Below, piece after piece: positions 25,638-32,226 of a DNA stretch of 32,226 nucleotides. The notes below the pieces were generated by a model. It saw nothing but the letters and a program-made list of their open reading frames with translations. It did not search any database and was not told where the DNA came from. The position numbers and the translations under genes are program-made. Source of the DNA: Phycisphaerae bacterium. GTDB lineage: Bacteria; Planctomycetota; Phycisphaerae; SM23-33. Position 1 is the stretch's first letter. Each line of letters opens with the position of its first letter. The stretch lies in the NCBI GenBank assembly GCA_049510055.1, contig JBEKZI010000017.1, positions 1 to 32,226 on the forward strand, written 5' to 3'.

Positions 25638-25841
25638 GCCACGTCGGAACTCCAGGGCGGGGGCACCAAAACCGGGGCGGAAAAATGTTGCACAACAGGG
25701 GCCGTCAGAGACAATCAAGGGTCCCGGACCTGCCACCGTCGTGGGGCACGGTCTCGGGAAGGCATTTCCGATGGGGAGTCGGTTTGGGACGACAAGTCCG
25801 ACCCAACCTCCGCTAAGGAAGCAAGCAAAAAGGAGCTTGGC

Positions 25842-27839
25842 ATGACGGCGGCAATGATTGCGTACCTCCTGGGCGCGGTGGTGGTGATCTTGGTTCTGCC
25901 CTCCATTCGCATGATCGGGCCGACGCAGATCGGCCTGGTGCTGAAGCGTTTTTCGTTCAAGAAGCTTTCCGAAGACAACCCCATCGCCTTCCAGGGCGAG
26001 CCCGGTTATCAGGCGGAGTTGCTGATGCCCGGCTTTCGCTTCAAGTTCTGGATTCTGTACAAGGTGGAGAAGCACTCCTGGGTGCAGATACCGGCCGGGC
26101 AGATCGGCGTGGTCATCAGCCAGATCGGCGCGGCCTTGCCCGTCGGCGCCAAATCCGCCGTCTACAAGCCGGAATTCGGCAACTTCACGCATTTGAAGAC
26201 CTTTGTCGAGCAGGGCGGCCAGAAGGGCGTTCAGCGGCCGGTGCTTCCCCCTGGAACGTTGGCGCCGATTCATCCGGTGGGCTTCTTGGTCATCACCCAG
26301 ACCCGCGCCTATGGGATACCGGTTTCCACGGAGTTGAAACGATACGCCACCGAACACGGGGGCACGCTGGACCCGGCCGTCTTCGGCCTGGCCCCCGAGC
26401 AACTGTCGGTCACCCGCATTGAGCCGTTCCAGGGAGTGCAGGACGCCAAGGGGAAAATGCTCGACACGATCGGCATCGTCACCGTCTTTGAAGGCGACCC
26501 TCTGCCCGCCGGCGACATTGCCAGCCGGATAGGCGGATTCAAGGACATCGAGGACCTGGAGAAATCCGGCGGGGGCGGTCCGATGGCGATCGAGAAAATC
26601 CTGGGCATGAAAAACGAAATTCACAACAACTACCAGGATTTCCAAAAGTTCCTCGACGCCGGCGGAAAGATCGGCCTCCAGCACGATCCGCTGCTGTACG
26701 GCGCCTACAACCTCAATCCGTTCCTGGTGGGCGTGGAGACCGTGCCCATGCTGGTGGTCCAGCAGGGCGAGGTAGCGGTCATCAAGGCCTATGTCGGACT
26801 GCCCAGCGAGGATGTTTCCGGGCTGGAGTTCAAGTTCGGCACGCTGGTGAAGCCCGGCCATCGCGGCATCTGGGAAGAACCCCTGCGGACGGGCAAGTAT
26901 CCGATCAACCCGCGGTGCTATCAGGCGGAGATCGTTCCGACGTTCATCCTGACGCTCAGTTGGGCGGATGCGACGAGCCGCGCCCATCAGCTCGACGCGG
27001 AACTGAAGCCCATCGACGCCAAGAGCCGAGAAGGCTTCATCTTCCATATCGACCTCCAGGTGCAGATCCACGTGCCGGACACCAAGGCCCCGCGGGTCAT
27101 CTCCATCGTCGGCACCATGCAGAATCTGGTCAGCGAGGTCCTTCAGGCGGCCGTGGGCAACCACTTCCGCGACAAGTTGCAGAGCCTGCCGGCGGTCCGG
27201 TTCATCGAGACCCGCCAGGAAGTCCAGCGCGAGGCCTTCGAGCACATCAAGAGCCAGTTGAACCAGTACGAGGTGGAGACCAAGGGCGTCTACATTCAGG
27301 ACGTCGTCCTGCCGGCGCAATTGGTGGAGGTCCTGACGCAGCGGGAAATCGCCAACCAGCGGATCGAGACGCTCAAGAAGCAGCAGCAGGCGGAAGGCCA
27401 GCGCATTTCGATGGAAAAGACCAAGGGCCAGGCGGACATGCAGGCCCAGTTGGCCAGTTCCGAAGTGCAAATTTCCATCAAGGAGAACAACGCCAAGGCC
27501 CGCAAGGCCGAGGCGGACGGCGAGGCGGCGTACATCCAGCAGACGGGAACCGCCAAGGGCGCCGAGGTGCGGGCCGTCGGCCTGGCCCGCGCCGAGGGCT
27601 ACCGGGCGCAGGTGGAGGCCCTGGGCTCCGTGCCCACGGCGGTGGTCAACGCCGTCACGGCGCTGTCGGACAAGAACCTCAAATTCGTGCCGGAGATCCT
27701 CGTGACCGGCGGCAGCGGCGCCGGCGCCGTCGAGGGGTTGGCGGCCGCGTTGATGCGGTACCTCAACCCCGGCAAGGCGCCGGCGGATTCCAAAGAAGAA
27801 AAGGCCGCTCTACCTGCCGGCAAGGCCGAGAAGAAATAA
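25842..27839 (+). CDS. SPFH (band 7) / flotillin-like membrane protein
   Basis: AAGGAG lies 6 nt before the ATG. It has an N-terminal TM helix (MTAAMIAYLLGAVVVILVLP), an SPFH-like core, and a long Glu/Gln/Ala/Lys-rich coiled coil (QRIETLKKQQQAEGQRISMEKTKGQADMQAQ...). The 764-aa track ORF is an N-terminal over-extension. Confidence 0.85.
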   Translation: MTAAMIAYLLGAVVVILVLPSIRMIGPTQIGLVLKRFSFKKLSEDNPIAFQGEPGYQAELLMPGFRFKFWILYKVEKHSWVQIPAGQIGVVISQIGAALPVGAKSAVYKPEFGNFTHLKTFVEQGGQKGVQRPVLPPGTLAPIHPVGFLVITQTRAYGIPVSTELKRYATEHGGTLDPAVFGLAPEQLSVTRIEPFQGVQDAKGKMLDTIGIVTVFEGDPLPAGDIASRIGGFKDIEDLEKSGGGGPMAIEKILGMKNEIHNNYQDFQKFLDAGGKIGLQHDPLLYGAYNLNPFLVGVETVPMLVVQQGEVAVIKAYVGLPSEDVSGLEFKFGTLVKPGHRGIWEEPLRTGKYPINPRCYQAEIVPTFILTLSWADATSRAHQLDAELKPIDAKSREGFIFHIDLQVQIHVPDTKAPRVISIVGTMQNLVSEVLQAAVGNHFRDKLQSLPAVRFIETRQEVQREAFEHIKSQLNQYEVETKGVYIQDVVLPAQLVEVLTQREIANQRIETLKKQQQAEGQRISMEKTKGQADMQAQLASSEVQISIKENNAKARKAEADGEAAYIQQTGTAKGAEVRAVGLARAEGYRAQVEALGSVPTAVVNAVTALSDKNLKFVPEILVTGGSGAGAVEGLAAALMRYLNPGKAPADSKEEKAALPAGKAEKK

Positions 27840-27878
27840 GGCCGCCGGTGCAGGCTTGATGGGGCGGTTTAACCGCTA

Positions 27879-27913
27879 GGGCACGCAGTTCCGTTTATCG
27901 GAACTGCGTGCCC
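27879..27913. terminator. 15-bp perfect hairpin between convergent genes
   Basis: GGGCACGCAGTTCCG tttat CGGAACTGCGTGCCC. No clear U-tract is present. Confidence 0.55.
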
Positions 27914-27926
27914 CCCGAAGCGGATG

Positions 27927-28328
27927 CTAAGGAGCGACGACTTTCACGTTGAATTCCGTCGAGGTCTCCTCGCCGGTTTCCGGCGTTCCCTTCACGTAGA
28001 TCTTATATTCACCGAGGTTGGCGTTCTTGCCCGCCGTAATCCGCAGAGGCACACGTGGCGTTTCGCTCGCTTTGACCAGAACTTCGGTCGGCGACACGCT
28101 GATGCCTTCGGAGGCTTTAATGTGCAGCTTCACGTCCTGCTTGAAATACTCGCCTCGATGAAGCGAAATGGTGACATCTTTGGTTTCACCCTGTTTAAGC
28201 TCCTCGCCGAAGGTCGGAACGGCGATTTTGAATCCCTCCTCTTTGGCCATGCCCCCACCCCGGGGGCTCGTGCAGCCGTAGGCGACTGTTAAAGCCAGCA
28301 CCATCCCAATCACGATTCCGATTCTCAT
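27927..28328 (-). CDS. Small lipoprotein of unknown function
   Basis: MRIGIVIGMVLALTVAYGC is a signal peptide with a lipobox-like Cys. The mature part is beta-rich. Composition is visibly less GC-rich than the surroundings. Confidence 0.7.
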   Translation of the reverse strand: MRIGIVIGMVLALTVAYGCTSPRGGGMAKEEGFKIAVPTFGEELKQGETKDVTISLHRGEYFKQDVKLHIKASEGISVSPTEVLVKASETPRVPLRITAGKNANLGEYKIYVKGTPETGEETSTEFNVKVVAP

Positions 28329-28572
28329 AGCCGTTTCCTTTCGTAAAAATGGACCGTGTTCCTAAAGCCGCCGTATCAATATCTGTTCCTCTAAACGCTG
28401 CTTGCATCCAAATTGTAGGCACGCAGGAAACGAAACGAGGAAATTGCGGACCCTCCCTGTTTCCTGTCTGATATGAATGTTCCCGCAGTACCCCCCGGCT
28501 GGGCAGTTGAGAGACGGGGTATCGGGTGGCTACCATGGGGAAGCACCGAATTCTCATAAGGAGGTATCATAA

Positions 28573-29556
28573 ATGCAGACGCGCAAACTGGGCAAGGACC
28601 TTGTCGTCTCCGCCATGGGCTTAGGCTGCATGGGCATGAGCGAGTTCTACGGGGCCTCCGACGAGGCGGAGTCCATTGCCGTCATCCACCGGGCGTTGGA
28701 CGCCGGGGTGACGCTGCTGGACACGGCCGACATGTACGGCCCCTTCACCAACGAACGCCTGGTGGGCAAGGCCCTGCGGGGGCGGCGGGCCGGGGTGGTG
28801 CTGGCGACCAAGTTCGGCAACGTCCGCGGGCCCAAGGGCGAATTCCTGAAGGTCGACGGGCGGCCCGAATACGTCCGCCAGGCCTGCGAGGCGAGCCTGA
28901 AGCGCCTCAACGTCGAAACCATCGACCTGTACTACCAGCACCGGGTCGATCCGGACACGCCCATCGAGGACACCGTCGGCGCGATGGCGGAGCTGGTGCG
29001 GGCGGGCAAGGTCCGCTATCTGGGCCTTTCCGAGGCCGCCCCCGCCACGCTGCGCCGCGCCTGCGCCGTCCACCCCATCGCAGCGTTGCAGACCGAGTAC
29101 TCGCTGTGGACCCGCGATCCGGAGGGCCCGGTCCTGGATACCTGCCGCGAGTTGGGGGTGGGTTTCGTCGCCTACAGCCCGCTGGGGCGGGGCTTCCTCA
29201 CCGCCCGGTTCAAGAAACCGCAGGATTTTTCGGACAGCGACTTCCGCCACACGCATCCGCGATTCCAGGGTGAGAACCTCCAGCGCAACCTGCGCCTGGC
29301 CGAGGCCGTGGAACGCATGGCCCGCGAGAAAGGCTGCACGCCGGCCCAGCTGGCCCTGGCCTGGGTGCTGGGGCGGGGCGAGGATATCGTCCCCATTCCG
29401 GGGACCAAGCATCTTCGCTACCTGGAGGAGAATCTGGCGGCACTAGAGATTCGCCTGACGGCCGAGGAACTTGGCCGCCTGGATGAAGCCTTTCCGCCCG
29501 GTGCGGCCGCCGGCGATCGCTACCATCCCCACGGCATGCGGGCCATCAACCGCTGA
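28573..29556 (+). CDS. Aldo/keto reductase (Tas/YghZ-like)
   Basis: AAGGAGG lies upstream of the ATG. The sequence [18 protein letters not shown] ... LLDTADMYG ... [10 protein letters not shown] ... [13 protein letters not shown] carries typical AKR motifs. Confidence 0.9.
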   Translation: MQTRKLGKDLVVSAMGLGCMGMSEFYGASDEAESIAVIHRALDAGVTLLDTADMYGPFTNERLVGKALRGRRAGVVLATKFGNVRGPKGEFLKVDGRPEYVRQACEASLKRLNVETIDLYYQHRVDPDTPIEDTVGAMAELVRAGKVRYLGLSEAAPATLRRACAVHPIAALQTEYSLWTRDPEGPVLDTCRELGVGFVAYSPLGRGFLTARFKKPQDFSDSDFRHTHPRFQGENLQRNLRLAEAVERMAREKGCTPAQLALAWVLGRGEDIVPIPGTKHLRYLEENLAALEIRLTAEELGRLDEAFPPGAAAGDRYHPHGMRAINR

Positions 29557-29558
29557 GG

Positions 29559-29584
29559 CCTGCCTGCCTGCCGGCAGGCAGGGC
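29559..29584 (+). terminator. GC-rich palindrome after the AKR gene (possible terminator)
   Basis: CCTGCCTGCC/GGCAGGCAGG palindrome lies directly after the stop codon. No T-tract is present. Confidence 0.3.
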
Positions 29585-29678
29585 GGATTGCGGTGACAAG
29601 CGCCGTGCGGCGCGGCACAATGAAAAAGCCGGTCGGCATCGGCCACCGGCCGTCGAAAAAATAACCCGGGAGGTTGTC

Positions 29679-30962
29679 ATGTCTCCGACGGATCTTGATT
29701 CGGAATTGAGCCGGCGCGTCCGCGATCTGGTGCGCCAGGATTTTGCGCCGCGGTTCGGGGAGCTCCAAGGCCAATGGGCGTCGCATCCGCTGTGGGATCA
29801 GCTCCGGCGGCTCGGCACGGAGCTATGGATCGACACCGGCGACATGGACGCGGCCGCGAAAATCTGGACGCGGGAATTTTCCGCCCTGACCACCAACAAC
29901 ACGCTCCTGAACAAGGAGATTCAAAAGGGCGCCTACGACGGCCTGATGGTTGAGGCCGCCAAGCTGCTGAAGGACTTCCCCCGCCTGACCGAGCGCGATC
30001 GGCGACTGGAGATGGCCTTCATTCTGAACGCCCGGCACGGCCTGCGGCTGGTGGAGCGGTTCGACGCGTACGTCTCCGTCGAGGAGCACACCGACCTGGC
30101 CATGGACGTCGAGGCGGCCGTGGCATACGCCCGGCGGTACTATGCGATATGTCCCCAGCGCTTCATCGTGAAGATTCCCTTCACGGCGGCCGGCCTGCTG
30201 GCCACGCGAAAACTGGCGGCCGAGGGAATTCCCGTCAACCACACGCTGGGTTTCTCGGCCCGCCAGAATTACGTGATTACCCTCATCGGCCGCCCGCAGT
30301 ACGTCAACGTGTTCCTGGGCCGGCTGAACAGCTTCGTCGCCGACAACAAGCTGGGCGACGGCCTATACGTCGGCGAGAAGGCGACGCTGGCCTCCCAGGC
30401 CGCGGTCCGCCGGCTTCGAAAGGCCAAGGGAACACCGACGCGCCAGATTGCCGCCAGCTTTCGCCAGGGCCGGCAGGTGGGGGACTTGGCCGGCGTGGAC
30501 GTGATGACCATCCCGCCCAATGTCGCCGCGGAGTTTCGCGACGCGGCCGGCGATCCCCAAAAAGTTCAGGATTGCACGGGACGCCAGTACGCCCCGAAGT
30601 TCGCTCCCCAGGCCGCCACGGCGGGATTGAACACGCTGTGGGACGTGGAGGACAAGCTCGTCGCCGCCGCCGAGGCGCTCCAGCAGGAGGACCTGGAGCA
30701 CTTCACGCCCCAGGAGCTGATTCAGTTCTTTGCTCACCATGGCTGCGGGGATTTCCTGGTCGATTGGACGACGCAGCAGCGGGCGACCAGCGCCAAGGAA
30801 GGCAAGATCCCCCGCCTGGAGAATTGGAAGGACCTCCTGGCCGGCGGGCGCATCGGCCTAGACGCCCTGATCAATCTGGGCGGCCTGAGCAGCTTCACCG
30901 CCGACCAAAATGATATGGACCGCCGCGTCGCGGATGTCCTGAAAACGAGAAAATCGTCCTAG
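29679..30962 (+). CDS. Transaldolase-family protein (long form)
   Basis: WIDTGDMDAAAK, ALTTNNTLL, FIVKIPFTAAG (Schiff-base Lys context) and NHTLGFS parallel the transaldolase motifs DTGD, TTNPSL, KIP.T and T.LFS. About 100 extra C-terminal residues are present. Confidence 0.7.
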   Translation: MSPTDLDSELSRRVRDLVRQDFAPRFGELQGQWASHPLWDQLRRLGTELWIDTGDMDAAAKIWTREFSALTTNNTLLNKEIQKGAYDGLMVEAAKLLKDFPRLTERDRRLEMAFILNARHGLRLVERFDAYVSVEEHTDLAMDVEAAVAYARRYYAICPQRFIVKIPFTAAGLLATRKLAAEGIPVNHTLGFSARQNYVITLIGRPQYVNVFLGRLNSFVADNKLGDGLYVGEKATLASQAAVRRLRKAKGTPTRQIAASFRQGRQVGDLAGVDVMTIPPNVAAEFRDAAGDPQKVQDCTGRQYAPKFAPQAATAGLNTLWDVEDKLVAAAEALQQEDLEHFTPQELIQFFAHHGCGDFLVDWTTQQRATSAKEGKIPRLENWKDLLAGGRIGLDALINLGGLSSFTADQNDMDRRVADVLKTRKSS

Positions 30963-30971
30963 CCGTCGCGG

Positions 30972-31367
30972 TCACGCCACGTGCATTGGCCGGGGCACTG
31001 CCGCGTAGGCCGACAGGATCGCCTGGGCCAGCGGCAGCTTGGCCAGCAGGATAAGGATGTCCGGCAGCATGGACTTCAGCAGCACGGCGTCCCACGTGAC
31101 CGGCCCTTGCCACTGCTGGATTGAAAACCAACCCATGCCCACCACGCCCACCAGCACCAAAGCGGCGTTGAGCAAGTACGCCGCCAAGGCTGTCCGCCGC
31201 CAGAAAAATAGCAGCGGCACCACCACAACGCTCAACGCACAGGAAACCGCCGGTACCGTGTTGAGCGCCTTGGCGGCGGGCGGATGAATCCGAAGGTGCA
31301 GTAGCAGCCCGCCGAGAGAGACCAGGAACATCACCAGGATCAGCATGCGAATTTCTTTTCGGGACAT
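30972..31367 (-). CDS. Small integral membrane protein (about 4 TM helices)
   Basis: 131 aa from MSRKEIRMLILVMFLVSLGGLLLHL, with GGGAG upstream. It is hydrophobic throughout. The 343-aa track ORF is an over-extension across the intergenic region. Confidence 0.6.
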   Translation of the reverse strand: MSRKEIRMLILVMFLVSLGGLLLHLRIHPPAAKALNTVPAVSCALSVVVVPLLFFWRRTALAAYLLNAALVLVGVVGMGWFSIQQWQGPVTWDAVLLKSMLPDILILLAKLPLAQAILSAYAAVPRPMHVA

Positions 31368-31584
31368 GAGGTGACTCCCATAGTTGGAGAAATGACGGGT
31401 TCTTTGCGGCCCATTATAGCACCCGTCCTTGCGGATAGTGGACCCAGCGGCGGGGGCGTTGTCAACCGGCCTAGAATGACACGCGAGGTTTGTGCGGCGG
31501 GCCGGATCTTGCGACGCCTCTTGCGGACGTTCGGCTGAAGGTTTAAGGTGAGTGCGAAACAGGCCCGTCAAGGAGCCCTGCGTC

Positions 31585-32226
31585 ATGGCAAAAAGCGCCG
31601 GCCGCGTCAAGGTTTCCTGGCCTTGGGTTTCCCGGGTGCGGGGATTGATCGTGGAGCAATTCGCGGCGGACGTTTTCCCGATCCTGGAGCCTTCGCAACT
31701 GGAGGCGCTGCTGCCCGGCAAGATGCTGCGGACTCGCCTGGCCGGCCGGTGGATGGAGGCGGGGCTGCCGGCCGATCGGCGGACGGTGGAGGCCTGCTGT
31801 GCGGCCGTCGAGCTGGCGCACACCGGCAGCCTGTGCCACGACGACGTCATCGACGCCGGCCTGATCCGCCGGGCCGCCCCCACGCTGTGGCGGCAGACGG
31901 GCTGCTCGGCGGCCGTGCTGATCGGCGACGTCCTGGTCTGCCGGGCCATCGAACTGGTCCTGTCGGTCGAGGGCGGCCGACACGTGGCCTGCTTCCTGGC
32001 CAAGGTCCGCCAGACGGTGGCCGCCGAGGCCGAGCAGGAGTTGCTCCTTCGGAATCATTCCATCGACGAACCGACCTACCTCCGCCTGGCGCGGGGAAAG
32101 ACCGGGGCGCTGTTTTCATTCGCGGCCAAGGTGTGCGGCGGGGCGGATGAGGCCCTGGCGGCCGCGCTGGAAGAAGCCGGCTACCGCATCGGCACGGCGT
32201 ACCAATTGGCCGACGACCTGCTGGAC
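31585..32226 (+). CDS. Polyprenyl diphosphate synthase (trans-IPPS family), 3'-truncated by the window edge
   Basis: My own translation in frame 1: MAKSAGRVKVSW ... AAVELAHTGSLCHDDVIDAGLIRR (first DDxxD) ... GKTGALF ... AYQLADDLLD (second DDxxD). AGGAG lies 9 nt upstream of the ATG. It is not in the ORF track because no stop lies inside the window. The track ORF 31548-32150 is an out-of-frame shadow. Confidence 0.85.
   Translation, partial: MAKSAGRVKVSWPWVSRVRGLIVEQFAADVFPILEPSQLEALLPGKMLRTRLAGRWMEAGLPADRRTVEACCAAVELAHTGSLCHDDVIDAGLIRRAAPTLWRQTGCSAAVLIGDVLVCRAIELVLSVEGGRHVACFLAKVRQTVAAEAEQELLLRNHSIDEPTYLRLARGKTGALFSFAAKVCGGADEALAAALEEAGYRIGTAYQLADDLLD

Overview
High-GC bacterial chromosomal window. 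The Ala/Pro-rich protein extensions and the gene content suggest Planctomycetota, but taxonomy cannot be proven from sequence alone. Most of the window is housekeeping: argJ-argC, rplM-rpsI, a PPC/DUF296 protein, two tandem aldo/keto-reductase-Fe-S genes, csrA, mtnA, tmRNA (ssrA), a two-component system, typA/bipA, an SPFH/flotillin-like protein, a further AKR, a transaldolase-like protein and a 3'-truncated polyprenyl synthase. The exception is an accessory block at about 9.47-17.4 kb, directly downstream of ssrA. It carries a minus-strand operon in this order: PqqD-type RRE; lasso-B2-type transglutaminase-core protease; eight tandem 33-37 aa peptide genes plus one decayed copy; HprK-like P-loop kinase; NTP_transf_5-like nucleotidyltransferase; B12-binding radical SAM enzyme. 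The operon converges on an ABC exporter. The peptides carry a lasso-type leader (YxxPxLx3[E/D]x5Tx, Thr at -2). However, the window contains no Asn-synthetase-like lasso cyclase, and the predicted cores lack an Asp/Glu ring acceptor at positions 7-9. All eight cores instead share a Ser-Gly dipeptide at positions 6-8. I read this as a candidate undescribed RiPP system: lasso-type leader recognition and cleavage recombined with radical SAM and phospho/nucleotidyl chemistry. Many long ORFs in the track are antisense shadows caused by high GC and were discarded. All functional calls rest on motif recognition by eye, with no database searches.
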